A DNA stretch of 64,000 nt from the NCBI GenBank assembly GCA_000004985.1, contig GG738845.1. One strand, 5' to 3'. Every line of letters begins with the position of its first letter. Within the stretch, counting starts at the first letter, position 1. Origin of the DNA: Naegleria gruberi. Its lineage: Eukaryota. The notes below the pieces were generated by a model that saw only the letters and a program-made list of their open reading frames with translations, was not told the DNA's origin and searched no databases. Shown here in pieces: positions 33,951 through 45,853 of this stretch. The translations under genes and the position numbers were made by a program.

Positions 33951-36676
33951 ATGGAAGGATTTGACAATTTTGTTCAACGTTTAAAGGGTAACGCCTATGA
34001 TATGGGTGCTGAAGAGGAAAAGTATAGAAAAAAGGAAGAGGAAAGAAAAAAGAGAAAGGAAACAGCCTTTGCAAAATTCGGACTTTCTCAACTCTTATTA
34101 AAACAAATTAAAAGATGTGGATTTTTCAATCCAACACCAATTCAGCAAAGTTCGATACCTGTTATTACACAAGGAAGAGATGTGATTGCTATGGCTAGAA
34201 CTGGTTCAGGTAAAACTGTTTCTTACCTTTTCCCTCTTTTTGAGAGATTGGATTATAAACACTCTTCAATTGTTGGAGCTAGAGCTGTCATTATTGTCCC
34301 AACTAGAGAACTTGTATTGCAAGTGAATAAGGTTATTTATGATTTTATTGGTAAAACATCTGATTTGAAAACATGTATGCTTTTTGGTGGTAAATCAATG
34401 GAAGGTCAATTTGAAAGATTGAGTGCCAATCCAGATATGTAAGTAGATGATGAAATTCTATATGTTTTTTATTCATTTCTTTCAGAATTATTGCAACACC
34501 TGGTCGTTTGTTGCACATTATTTTAGAAACTGGTTTGAGTTTAAAGAGAGTGGAATATGTAGTTTTCGATGAAGCTGATCGTTTATTCGAAATGGGTCTT
34601 TCAGAACAATTATATCAAATTATTGCCAAATTACCAACAACTAGACAAACACTTTTATTCTCTGCAACACTTCCATCAGCTGTAGCTGAATTTTCTAAAG
34701 CAGGATTGACTTCACCTGAATTGATTAGATTGGATTCAGAAGTTAAAGTGAGTGATAATATTAGATTGAGTGGACTTTTTGTTAGATCGAATGAAAAAGT
34801 TGCTGCCCTTCTTTACTTGTTAAATAGTGTAATTTCTCATCGTGAGACAACTATAATTTTCATTCCAACTAGACACCACGCCGAATATTTCCTTACATTA
34901 TTTACTCATTACAAGATTGAAGCAACAGTTGTTTATGGTAGTATGGATCAACAAGCTCGTATGGAAAATCTTGACAAGTTCAGAAATGGAGAAGCTAATA
35001 TTTTACTTGTAACAGATGTTGCTGCTCGTGGTATCGATATTCCTGATGTGAACAATGTCATTAATTACAATTTCCCAGGTAAACCAAAGTTATTCGTCCA
35101 CAGAGTTGGTCGTGTTGGTCGTGCTGGTAAAGTTGGTACTGCATACTCACTGATAGCTCCTGATGAAGTTCCATTTTTCCTTGATCTTGAATTATTCTTG
35201 GGAAGAAAATCAAGAAATGTTGTTATGGAAACAATTTATGAGGATGAAGATTCTAGGCAAGTTCCTGCTGATTTATCTGGTAGAAATTGGAGAGAATTTA
35301 TTGATGGATATATTGGAATTATTCCTCAATCAATTCTTGATAGAGAAATTGAACACTTGGCACATTTGGAAAGGATTGATGGTGGCCTTTTGAATGAAAA
35401 GGAAGTTTGTGATAGAGCTTTAACACTTTATAATAGAACTAGAGGTGATCCAAGTGGTGCTTCTATTGGAAGATCTAAGGAATTGCACACTCTTGCTATT
35501 CACCCAATGATTAAGGTTTTAGAGGTCATAACAGATGAAGAAGAGGAACAACATGATATTATTGCACAAATGAAGGATTACAGACCTGGTCAAACAATCT
35601 TTGAATTTAAAGAAAAGGAAAAGAGTGCTGAAGCTGAAATTATGAAAAAGAGAAGACAATATTTGAAACAAGCTCAAGTTTTGAAACAAGTAAGAGATTA
35701 TTCCATTCAATCAGGAGTTGAAAGTGATGAAGAAAATGATGCAAATGCCACCAAGGAAAAACCAAAACCAAAGTCACTTGCTGAAAGACTCTTAAGTGAA
35801 GATTCTAAACAAGACAGATTTTCCAAACTGACGAATGTTGTAGCTCCAAAGAAGAAGAAGGAATTTAAGGATCCAAACTTTTTCATGGAATATACAAAGG
35901 AAGATCAAGTTCAAGATCCATCAGAGGATCACTATGCTCTTAACGGTGCCTCCTCAAAGAAGAAACAATTGACAAGTGTCGTCTCAAGTGAATTTAATGA
36001 AATTCCACAACAAAGTATCAGCGATGCAGTTATGGATATTGGAGGTGAAACTAGAGAAGAATTGAATAATCAAAGAAAGAAGCAAGGTATGATTTGGGAT
36101 AGAAAGAAGGGTAAATATGTTGTTGGTACAATGGGTATTGATGGTAAGGTCAGAAGAGATGATAATAAGAAGAAGGATACTCTCAAGACAACTGATGCCT
36201 ATGCCAAGTGGAAGAGAAAAACTCACGGTAGAATTCAAGGTGTTGGTGAATTGGAAGAAAAACAAGACTTTGTCAAAGCTAGAAGTCAAGACGATGATGA
36301 AAATGGTGGTTTTGGATTTGAATCATACAGAGATGAAGGAGAAGAAATTACACTTACCAATAACAAGAAGAGGAAAAAGGCTCCTTGGGAAGAAAAAGAC
36401 GAGCAAAAATCTTCCAAGAAACGTAAGAGTGCAATTAAGGAAGGTAAGGGTGGTAAAGATGAAGTCAAGACAGAAGCTCAATTGGCCAAGATTAGAAATG
36501 ATAAGAAGAAACAACAACAACACAACAAGGTCAAGTTCATGATGAAGAAACATGGTGCTGCTTCCGTTTTAGGTTCACTTCAAAGAAAGGGTATGATGAA
36601 AGCTTTGGAAAACAGAAGTGCACTTCCAAACAAAAACTCAAAAGGTCAAGTTCGTCTTTTCAGAAAACGAAAATAA
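33951..36676 (+). CDS. ATP-dependent DEAD-box RNA helicase DBP10/DDX54. Two exons: 33951..34438 and 34486..36676, intron 34439..34485 (GTAAGT...TTCAG).
   Basis: Q-motif/GFFNPTPIQ, motif I ARTGSGKT, Ib, PTRELV, DEAD (VFDEADR), SAT, HRVGRVGRAG, and a long basic C-terminal DBP10CT-like extension. Confidence 0.85.
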
Positions 36677-36821
36677 ATTATATTCGTATTAATTTAATGT
36701 ACAAATAATAGCTTATCCATATCAATTGGGTTATACTCTATATTTCTAAAGAAGAAAAATTCTATTAATTAAATAATTTGAAATAAATTCAAACTTCCAA
36801 CATTCCACACAAAATATTTGT

Positions 36822-37238
36822 TTACAAGATACCTCTTTGTGACTTGAATTTTTGAACCAAATCAGGGAATAATTCTTCCAAAAATTTAACTTGCTCCTCC
36901 TTGGTCATGGAAAATGATGCAACATTTGATTGTTGATGATTTAATGGATAGAGAGAAACTACAGTATCCCTCAATGGAACATTCTTTTGCATTTCAGTCT
37001 TTAAATCCAAATTTAATTTTTCAATTTTTGCTTTTCCTCCCTTCTCGCATTCTCTCTTCCACGAGTATAAACTTTGAGAATTGATAACCTTTTCCGAATT
37101 GGCTCCTCCTCTCACAAAATAGTTGGATGTCAACCAAACAACAATCGGAGCAGAAATTGTATAGAAAATATAGTATCTGTGAACGTGCATTTTAGCAGCA
37201 CGAAAACGTTTATGCCAATCACTTTCAATTTCAGGCAT
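36822..37238 (-). CDS. Small (138 aa) single-pass membrane protein, unknown function
   Basis: One hydrophobic segment YYIFYTISAPIVVWLTSNYFV; otherwise hydrophilic. Confidence 0.4.
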   Translation of the reverse strand: MPEIESDWHKRFRAAKMHVHRYYIFYTISAPIVVWLTSNYFVRGGANSEKVINSQSLYSWKRECEKGGKAKIEKLNLDLKTEMQKNVPLRDTVVSLYPLNHQQSNVASFSMTKEEQVKFLEELFPDLVQKFKSQRGIL

Positions 37239-37306
37239 TTTTTAATAATGATAAAGAAATATTGAAAATCATTTTTAAATGATAAAAGAAATAATTATTA
37301 GTTTAT

Positions 37307-38658
37307 TTAATCTTGTTTCCTTAATTTATGAACAACACCTTCGAGTAATGCATCAATATAGTTCAATACAACAAAAATACCAGCACATACAGCCATCAAG
37401 TCAACAATGAAATGAGTGAATGGCATACCATTTTCTTCATAGGTAATTCTGATAGGTTCAAAATTGTAAACAAAAAAGACACCTGGAAGCATCATCATCT
37501 TGGAACTATCAAATGGCATGACGTGTTTTGTGAAGGAGAATTGATAGGTATTAATAGTACTGGAGAAGTATGAGGAACCAATGTATGTTGTTGGAACAGC
37601 CTTAATGAAATATTTGAAAAGAGCTGTCTTTGGAGCTTGAGCATCACTTTCCTCAATCTTTGGAATGATACCAACAGTTTCATCGAGTGGATAAGTAACA
37701 TGTGGAATTCTCAAACCAAATGAAAGTGAGTGAATAATATGAGTACTATTGTATCTATCAACGAGAATTGGATTAAATTCGTGAATGTGATGAACTCTGG
37801 TTTCATATTCTTGAGAGAATGAACGTCCAGGAAGGAAGTGGAAATTACCATTCACCTTTTGTACATCCAATGTACCATAAATGTTACATCCAGGATGATT
37901 CTTAGAAGCATCAAATAAACATTGTTCAACATCCTCAACTCGTGGAGCTGGCAATCCATTTCTCTTATAAACTTCCATAACATCTTGGCAAGTATTACAA
38001 CATTCCCCTCTTCTTTGCTCAACATAACAGGTGCCACAATACATAATACTATGTGGATCTTTTGTTGGATCGTACTTATCTTGTGGCATTTCAGTTCCGA
38101 GTTTTGTTTTATGTTTTGGTGATTCCAAATGAGTAATTCTTCCTGATGAATCGACTGGAACTTTATGAATGTGGTGAGCAACATCAATGGCAGCATCTCC
38201 ACTAGCATCAACAGAATCCACATGAAGATCGTAACATTTTAAATCAGGGAATGAAATATTAAAGAAAATAACAACTCTATCCTCAACTTGAATATCAACA
38301 GAGAGTGTATCCCGTCTGTTAATACTAAGATATCGGATCAAGGCTGATCCAACAAGAAAAATTATAATAATGAGAGCCAGAATAGAAACTATTACGATCA
38401 TCACTATTACTGTATAGTATATTTTAACTTACCAACACCACCCAATGAAGTTTTCTTTGTTGCTATGGAATCTGTTTTTGAATACAAATCAAATGATCGT
38501 ATACTTTTCATAATTTTACTCTTCATTTCCGTTTTGGATTTAATTTCGCTAGCATAGTTTGATGATGAATAGCTATCGGATGTTCCAGGTCGTCTTCTAA
38601 GACCATCATTAGGATTTCCACCATATGAATAGTTGGGTGTTGATGATGGTTGGAACAT
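37307..38658 (-). CDS. ER-Golgi cargo receptor Erv46/ERGIC3 family. Two exons: 38433..38658 and 37307..38409, separated by a 23-nt intron 38410..38432 (GTAAGTTAAAATATACTATACAG).
   Basis: N-terminal SFDLYSKT motif, TM, luminal Cys-rich CGTCY...CCNTC, NHLSFG motif, and C-terminal TM plus KxD-like tail. All three frames contain stops between the two ORFs, so an intron is required. Confidence 0.85.
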
Positions 38659-38867
38659 TTTTTTAATATTTTCTCTTCTTGTTATTCATCATATGATGAT
38701 GTAATTTTCGAAAATACAATTTCATTTCTATAGTATTAACAAACTACTAGCATATAAATTTCCAATATTATTATTATGAAATCCGTTCTTTAATTCCTTC
38801 ATATTACACGCATCATGTAATCGACAATAAGAATGTGAAAGCATTCAAATAAAGAGTTGAAAAAAAA

Positions 38868-40796
38868 ATGTTCATCAAAAAAGGACCAACAACAGTCACT
38901 AGCAATGGTGGTACTAGTAAAACCGAAAATAACAAGAAGAATTCCTCTGGTTCTACCACTCCAAAAAAGAAGATTGAAAAGATTACACCACAAAAAGAAG
39001 AAATTGTTCCTGATGAAGATATGATGATTTCGGATGATGAAAATGTTGCTTCTGAAGAAACAACAAAACAGAAACAACAACCAAGTCATCACAAGAAAGT
39101 TAATGATAGTTTGACAAGTATTCTCTTTGGTGGATATAAATCAGCAGCAAAGGATCTTTCAATTAATTTATTTAATTCATCAGATGAGCTCAATCTTCAA
39201 AAGATAATGACTGATGATGAATTAATATTTGGTGAAACAAAAGCTAAGGTTTCTACCTTCAATGAATTGAAATCTGACATTGAGCAACAAGATGATTCTG
39301 ATTTATTCTATGTTGAAAAGCCTTCTATTCATCAAAATGATGAAATGTTGGATGAAGGTGAAGTTTCTAAAAAGAAGATGAAGCTTATTAAATTAAAACC
39401 TGCTTGGGAAGATGTTTATACAAAGGAATTACGTATTGCCAATGATGATGACGAAGAAGAAATTGAGGAAATTGACCAAGATGGAATTACTCAAAGTCTT
39501 GTTCAAGGATTTTTAAAGAGAAAGAGAGATGGACAAAATTCTTCAATTTTATTAGGTTCAGAATATGAAAAGAAGATGAGAAAGATTTATACACACTTAT
39601 TCCCAACTCCTCACTGGGCAAAACTCAAAGTTAAACAATATGAAAATGAAAATCAAGATGGAACTGTATCAATTAGAGAAGAAATCATTGATGAAAATAA
39701 TTTGAATCAAACTGCAGACGAAATTTTACAAAAATCCTCAGAAAAGACCATTGTAGAATCATTGAATAATCTTGATAGGTTTAAACTTGCCTATCAAAAG
39801 CTTAATGATATCAATGGACAAGAACGTGTTGGACAAGTTTTCAGCATTGCATTCCATCCAAATCTTAATATTGCTGCCGTTTTGAACTCTGATAAGAAGA
39901 TTAGAATTTTCACTGTTGATGGTGAACTCAACCCAATTTTGGACAGACTGCAAATAACCAACCAAGGTGATAATGACTTGAAGAGTATTGCCTTCACAAA
40001 GGATGGTAAATCAATTATTTCATTCTTGGATAAATCAGCCTACTTCCTCATGACAGATATGGACAGTGGTAAAACAAGAAGAACTCAAAAGCTATTCTCA
40101 CGAAGGAGACGTGGTGATGAGAAGGAAGGTGGTAAATTCCTCTTACACAATGCCTTTGATGTTTCAAATGATAACAAACTTATAGCAGTCGCTGATGATA
40201 TTGGTAGTGTCTTGCTCATTTCTCGAAAGACTCTCAATATCAAACATACATTCACATCCAACATGACACAAGTTTCTGGTGTTACATTCAGTGAAGATTC
40301 CAAGACTTTGTTTGTTGTGGGTAAGGGTGGTAAGGTATATGTCTATGATGTAGAAAGTGAAAAGATCAAACATATTTTCGCTGATCATGGTTCCATTCAT
40401 ACTCATTCTGTTGCTGTTTCTCCTGATATGCAATATATTGCCACCGGATCAACATCTGGTGCTGTGAATCTCTATCGTTGGGCAGATGTTTTCAATGGAC
40501 AAGCTCCAAAACCTCTTGGAACATTTATGAATTTGACAACCACTGCCAATTATTTAAGGTTTACCTCTGATTCTCAATTGTTGCTTTTTGCTTCCACTGA
40601 AAAATCGAATGCATTCCGTTTTGCTCACATTTCCTCCCTCTATGTCTATTCCAATTTCCCTGGTGAAATTAGTATGAAGAAACAATATTCTTTCAATTCA
40701 ATAACTTTGAGTTCATCATCGAGTTTCCTCTCATTGGGTTGTCAAAGTGGACCAGTCATTCTTTTCAAACTTCCATACTATGCTAATAAACAATAA
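38868..40796 (+). CDS. U3 snoRNP / SSU processome protein UTP18 (WD40)
   Basis: The C-terminal WD40 region FHPNLNIAAVLNSDKKIRIFTVDGELNP...GSTSGAVNLYRW...NLTTTANYLRFTSDSQLL...ISSLYVYSNFP parallels human UTP18 FHPSAQIVMVAGLDNAVSLFQVDGKTNP...NCGVVNIY...NLVTGVTSLTFNPTTEIL. Acidic N-terminus. Confidence 0.8.
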   Translation: MFIKKGPTTVTSNGGTSKTENNKKNSSGSTTPKKKIEKITPQKEEIVPDEDMMISDDENVASEETTKQKQQPSHHKKVNDSLTSILFGGYKSAAKDLSINLFNSSDELNLQKIMTDDELIFGETKAKVSTFNELKSDIEQQDDSDLFYVEKPSIHQNDEMLDEGEVSKKKMKLIKLKPAWEDVYTKELRIANDDDEEEIEEIDQDGITQSLVQGFLKRKRDGQNSSILLGSEYEKKMRKIYTHLFPTPHWAKLKVKQYENENQDGTVSIREEIIDENNLNQTADEILQKSSEKTIVESLNNLDRFKLAYQKLNDINGQERVGQVFSIAFHPNLNIAAVLNSDKKIRIFTVDGELNPILDRLQITNQGDNDLKSIAFTKDGKSIISFLDKSAYFLMTDMDSGKTRRTQKLFSRRRRGDEKEGGKFLLHNAFDVSNDNKLIAVADDIGSVLLISRKTLNIKHTFTSNMTQVSGVTFSEDSKTLFVVGKGGKVYVYDVESEKIKHIFADHGSIHTHSVAVSPDMQYIATGSTSGAVNLYRWADVFNGQAPKPLGTFMNLTTTANYLRFTSDSQLLLFASTEKSNAFRFAHISSLYVYSNFPGEISMKKQYSFNSITLSSSSSFLSLGCQSGPVILFKLPYYANKQ

Positions 40797-41025
40797 TTTG
40801 TTGTTCTTTTAAGATTTAGATTTAGTGATTTTTCACTCCGAGTTTTATTGGATCAATCCCACAGTGACTATATGGATGTTTTTACATAAATAATTTTAAG
40901 TTTTTAAATTGTGTGTTTGCTTATTCGACAGCTCTTTCTCCTCTCATCAATTTACTATTTGTTCCATTCATGCATGAAAATATTGATGCAGAAAATATTA
41001 GCTAAACTTTGAAAATCATTAATAC

Positions 41026-41568
41026 TTACGCTCTGACTTCTCTGATGGTCTTTTCATCAACAGCGTGTGTATACTTTTGGACCTTGTCTTTGCATTGTCT
41101 GATGACATCAACACCGTGTTTATACCAACAATCTTCGACATCCTTTCGCAAAAGTTCAACTTCAGCAGTGTAGACAGTCCATTCTCTGGCAACCCAAGTC
41201 TTGAATTCAATGAGTTGGTTAGCGCTTGTACATTCTCCCCTGTTGTTTTATAATTATTATTATTGACAAAGAAATAAATCGCCATCATAAAATCCACATA
41301 AATTCCACAACAATTTGTCATCATCATAATTATTTAAATTAATCCAGCAATTATTATTCATTATCATCACATCATCCACACAGAATATATCCTCCTAAAT
41401 TTTCAACACTTACTTTAAACATGGTGAAACTTCCAATGGATTCTTTCTGAGACGGAGTGGTTTATTACCAGTTCTCCACTTATCGGCATTCAAAAATTGA
41501 TAATTTGGTGCTGATTCTTCGTATTGGTTATTGACTTTAGGGGTATCGACTTCAGGGGAACCGCTCAT
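41026..41568 (-). CDS. Small (about 122 aa) Cys-containing protein of unknown function. Two exons: 41414..41568 and 41026..41239, intron 41240..41413 (174 nt, the longest in the window).
   Basis: MSGSPEVDTPKVNNQYEESAPNYQFLNADKWRTGNKPLRLRKNPLEVSPCLK joins in phase 2 to GECTSANQLIEFKTWVAREWTVYTAEVELLRKDVEDCWYKHGVDVIRQCKDKVQKYTHAVDEKTIREVRA. The supplied ORF 41019..41327 is the wrong frame across the intron. Confidence 0.55.
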
Positions 41569-41730
41569 TTTTATTAAAAATTTACAAGAATATTTTTAGG
41601 TTTTTTAAAAATTAAAAAAACAAGTCGTTTGCCAGTTTTTGTATTTCAATACATTATCTTGCACTATTAGGAAGAAACCTTAGTATTGAAGGAATCATAG
41701 TAGGAACAGCTATATATATTAATTTTATAA

Positions 41731-43137
41731 TTGTCGGAAATGAGGAAGCGAAATGTTTTTGTGGATCAGGATTTAATGATGCTTTCCAATACAATGGAAT
41801 TTAGACCACTTGTTATTGACCAAGGAACAGGAATGACAAAGGTTGGATTTGCAGGTGATGATATGCCACTATTGTTGCTGCCAACGGTAATGGCACCTGA
41901 TGAGCTTCATTCCGATCCTCATCACAGCAAGTTTGTAGGCCAAAAGGGATCTCAAGCAACCTCAACAACCAATAATCCAGATGCTAAAAAAGGAGGGCAA
42001 GAAAAAACGCCAGAAGTCAATGTCGCCACAAGTGAGGAGGATGTAAACTACTTGATTGGTGACGATGCTATTGGAGTGGATCGTTCATCTGGAGCCATAT
42101 CTAGATCAGCAAAATATTTTTCTTACAACTCTAACAATTTCAAGAATTTCAATGAAAAAAGGGACATGAGAATGTTGAGCAGTCTTCATTTTCCAATGGA
42201 GAGAGGTGTTGTGGATGATTGGGATATGATGGAAAGAATTTATGAGTCTATTTATGTGAATCAGAAAATTAATACAGCCCCAGAAAACCAACCTCTACTC
42301 ATTTCAGAAGCTTGTGAAAACCCAAAAGAAAATAGATACCACATGGCCGAAATACTCTTTGAAAAATATAAGGTTCCATCAATATATATTGCATCTCAAC
42401 CAGTACTTTCGCTCTACTCAACTGGTAAATCAAGTGGACTTGTTGTGGAGATTGGACATGGAGTTTCTCAAACAGTGCCAATCTTTGAAGGATTCCCACT
42501 CTACCACGCTATTGTCAAATCAGAATTTGGTGGTCTTGACATTACCAACTATTTGAGACAATTGCTCGAGAAGAATAAGCGATATGAAGAGCTGATCAAT
42601 TACAATACTATTGCTGGATATAAGATTTTAACAGAAATGAAAGAAAAACTATGTTACATTTCACAAAACATTGCCGAGGAGCAGTACAACGTAGGCCTCT
42701 CTGAATATGTTCTTCCAGATAGAAAGGTTATTCAAATAACTCATGAAGCTTACAAATGCCCTGAAGCTCTCTTTTACCCAAAACTGGCTGGAAAAACAAA
42801 CATGTTTGGTGTTCATGAGGCTCTTTTCCATGTCTATGACAAATCGGATGATTACATCAAACAAATACTGATGGACAATATAGTTCTGGCTGGAGGTTCA
42901 ACTATGTTTACTGGATTTAAGGAACGCTTAATTGCTGAATTCTCAAGAATACTCACCGAAAAGACAGGAAGCTCAAGAATTACCGATAAGAATGTCCGAG
43001 CAGAAAATGACAGAGTTTTTGGATCATGGATTGGTGGCTCAATACTTGCCTCTCTACCAACGGTTCAAAACTTGTGGATAACAAGACAGGAATATGACGA
43101 GCATCATGATGCTATTTTCAGTAGATGTTATGGTTAA
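41731..43137 (+). CDS. Actin-related protein (ARP family) with a low-complexity insertion near the N-terminus
   Basis: Actin-fold motifs LVIDQGTGMTKVGFAGDD, VVEIGHGVSQTVPIFEGF, YVLPDRKVIQI..E.YKCPEALFYP, and C-terminal GGSILASL..WITRQEYDE. Specific Arp subtype not determined. Confidence 0.75.
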   Translation: MSEMRKRNVFVDQDLMMLSNTMEFRPLVIDQGTGMTKVGFAGDDMPLLLLPTVMAPDELHSDPHHSKFVGQKGSQATSTTNNPDAKKGGQEKTPEVNVATSEEDVNYLIGDDAIGVDRSSGAISRSAKYFSYNSNNFKNFNEKRDMRMLSSLHFPMERGVVDDWDMMERIYESIYVNQKINTAPENQPLLISEACENPKENRYHMAEILFEKYKVPSIYIASQPVLSLYSTGKSSGLVVEIGHGVSQTVPIFEGFPLYHAIVKSEFGGLDITNYLRQLLEKNKRYEELINYNTIAGYKILTEMKEKLCYISQNIAEEQYNVGLSEYVLPDRKVIQITHEAYKCPEALFYPKLAGKTNMFGVHEALFHVYDKSDDYIKQILMDNIVLAGGSTMFTGFKERLIAEFSRILTEKTGSSRITDKNVRAENDRVFGSWIGGSILASLPTVQNLWITRQEYDEHHDAIFSRCYG

Positions 43138-43726
43138 TAGAGATTGAGTTTTAAAAAGATTGAGTCATGTTTCGATTTGAACAATTTCCTAAAGATTTTC
43201 ATAGGTGTCATTCCAGCTACGTATCGTAAATTAAATTAAAAACAATTTTTTGTAAATAAACTTATTGTCATGCAAAAAATTGCTGAAAAAGTAATTTCAT
43301 CCACTTCTGTAAAATTCTTCAAATAAAGAAGTTTGTCTTAAAATCGCCCTGTCCTCAAAACTTCATTCCTTAACTCCCAATCAATTTAAATCGAATTAAA
43401 TTGAAGCAATAAATTTACAACATTACAATATGTAACTCATCTACAGAAAACTATAATCCACAATTGACTGGATGTTAGATAGGAAAAAAAGAGGATGGGG
43501 ATCCTGTTTCGTACATGATAGGAAAATTTGCCTTGGGACAATTGACTTGCAATTCTTCCTCTTGGTTGTATTCTTTGTTTCACATCGGTCATGTCAACAG
43601 CAGCTTAAAGTCCCAGGCTTGCATTGGAAAAAAACCTAAAAAAAAAATTCTCCAAACACCACAACGAAAGTTAGCTGTTACTGGATTGAAGAAAATCTCC
43701 CATCATCAACACACTAATACAACAAC

Positions 43727-45007
43727 ATGAAGAATACTGCCAGACTTGTTTTGAAGAATTCCTTCAAGCCATCATGTAGATCATTCTCTACTTGCCAAAT
43801 GCAACAAGGTATTTGGGCAGGAGTTAATTATGCTCCTCTCGATGCTATTAAACAATTGACAATTAGTTTTAATCAAGACACTGCACCAAACAAGATTCTC
43901 TTGGGTGAAGGTGTCTATCGTACCAATGAAGGTAAGCCAAAGACACTCCCTTCCGTTAGAGAAGCTGAAAAGATCATCTTTGAAAAGGGTCTCGATCACG
44001 AATATCCACCAGTTACAGGAGTTGTTGATTTCTGCAAGGCAACTCAAAAATTCGCCTTTGGTGAAAACAGTGATAGAATTGCAACTGTTCAATCCATTTC
44101 TGGTACTGGTAGCTTGTGTTTGGCAGCTTGTTATATTAAGAAATTCCTCCCAGCCGACACTAAAGTTTACTTCCCAAATCCAACTTGGGTCAATCACTTT
44201 AACATTTTCCGTGCTCAAGGATTCACTGATGATCGTATCCCAACTTATAGATATTTTGACAAGAAGACTAATGGTATGGATGTTCAAGGTGCTTTAGAAG
44301 ACATTAAGAATGCTCCAGCCAAGTCAGTCATTCTCTTGCACGCTTGTGCTCACAACCCAACTGGTGTTGATCCAACAATGGATACTTGGAAGAAGATTTC
44401 CGATATCTGTAAGGAAAAGCAACACTATGTTTTGTTCGATTCTGCTTATCAAGCTTTTGCTTCTGGTGATGCTAACACTGATGCTCAATCATTCCGTTTG
44501 TTCGTTAAGGAAGGTCATCAAATCATGCTCTGTCAATCATATGCCAAGAACTTTGGTTTGTACGGACAACGTATTGGTGCTTTCAATGTTGTGACTGAAA
44601 ATGCTGAAGAAAAGAAGAATGTTGAAAGTCAACTTGGTATTATCATTCGTACTCAATACAGTAATCCACCTTTGCACGGTGCTAGATTGGTCACAACTGT
44701 TTTGAATACACCAGAATTGAAGGCTCAATGGGAAAAGGATGTTAAGGAATTGGCTGACAGAATTAAATTGATGAGAGCTAAATTGGTTGAAGAATTGAAG
44801 AAGGTCGGAAGCACTCGTGACTGGTCACACATTACCAACCAAATTGGTATGTTCGCCTTCAGTGGTTTGAATGAACAACAAGTTACCAAATTGAAGGAAG
44901 AATACCACATCTACATGACTAAGGACGGTAGAATTAGTATTAGTGGTTTGAACACTAACAATGTTGCTACTGTTGCTAAGGCCATGCACGAAGTTACTAA
45001 GAACTAA
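43727..45007 (+). CDS. Aspartate aminotransferase, mitochondrial type (class-I aminotransferase) with a presequence-like N-terminus
   Basis: PLP-lysine motif SYAKNFGLYGQRIG, NPTG, and AGVNYAPLDAIKQ. 426 aa. Confidence 0.9.
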   Translation: MKNTARLVLKNSFKPSCRSFSTCQMQQGIWAGVNYAPLDAIKQLTISFNQDTAPNKILLGEGVYRTNEGKPKTLPSVREAEKIIFEKGLDHEYPPVTGVVDFCKATQKFAFGENSDRIATVQSISGTGSLCLAACYIKKFLPADTKVYFPNPTWVNHFNIFRAQGFTDDRIPTYRYFDKKTNGMDVQGALEDIKNAPAKSVILLHACAHNPTGVDPTMDTWKKISDICKEKQHYVLFDSAYQAFASGDANTDAQSFRLFVKEGHQIMLCQSYAKNFGLYGQRIGAFNVVTENAEEKKNVESQLGIIIRTQYSNPPLHGARLVTTVLNTPELKAQWEKDVKELADRIKLMRAKLVEELKKVGSTRDWSHITNQIGMFAFSGLNEQQVTKLKEEYHIYMTKDGRISISGLNTNNVATVAKAMHEVTKN

Positions 45008-45169
45008 ATTGTGAATATTATAACACCTTGTACTATTAAATAATACCTTGATAATTTATTTAAATACTATCTCAATTATTTTCATTTTAGCTTTGGAAAC
45101 TTTCAAATGTTCTGACCTTTAGTTTGAAAAATTAAGGGTAATCTTATTATAAAGTACAAGTAGTTAGTT

Positions 45170-45720
45170 TTATTGAGTGTGCTTATCCATCATTTGCACA
45201 GTTTCCAAAATGTTTGTTCTATTGGTTTCAGTAATACATCCATTAGCAACCATTTCTTCAACAATAAAGTGGGCCTTTTCAAGATTGAACATTACATCCA
45301 ATTCACACTGTTATTTAGTCACACAATTAATTTAATTAACATTTCAGTTATTATCGTCATACATACCACATTTTCAAAATATTTATCAAAAGTTTCTACG
45401 AGGCAGTGAATAAATTCCAAAATTGCAAGCTCATTTTCATGACTATCAACTCCAACAATAAAGAATAGAGAGGCATATCTTCTGTAAATTAATTTATACC
45501 CCATATGTTCAATGAAGGAACACTAATTTCCGTTATTATTAATTCTTTTTTAACAACTCCACATGATCGGAACAGTACCTACCTGATCTTCATTTCTACT
45601 CAAACACTTTCTAACAATTTCTCCTTCCAAAGCAGTTCTTTCATTAATTGTTTTAAATCTAGTATATTGGGCAAGCCTGGTTTGGCCTTGTTTATTTACA
45701 AGAAGAACAAATTCGATCAT
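45170..45720 (-). CDS. Clathrin adaptor AP-complex sigma (small) subunit, most like AP-1 sigma (143 aa). Three exons: 45583..45720, 45367..45522, 45170..45307. Introns 45523..45582 (GTAGGT..TAG) and 45308..45366 (GTATGT..CAG).
   Basis: Spliced product [19 protein letters not shown]...[72 protein letters not shown]. Compare AP-1 sigma [57 protein letters not shown]. Mostly below the ORF-track length cutoff. Confidence 0.85.
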
Positions 45721-45853
45721 TTTTTAATAATAAAATTAATTTAAATTTGATGATAATGCATGACTTCATCATCTATGATGTAACACAACAACTGTAACAA
45801 CAATGGGTTATTCATCAATAACTTGGTATTTGAAACAATTTAATAAATATTTA

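Noticed and set aside
41019-41327. Supplied ORF 41019..41327 (-) translation MMMTNCCGIY...GENVQALTNSLNSRLGL...
   Set aside because: This frame runs through an intron. The spliced two-exon model uses a different frame for 41026..41239 and gives a more protein-like sequence.
43515-43730. 71-aa ORF immediately upstream of the aspartate aminotransferase ATG
   Set aside because: It ends exactly at the AAT start region, with low-complexity composition. Likely 5' UTR/uORF rather than a gene.
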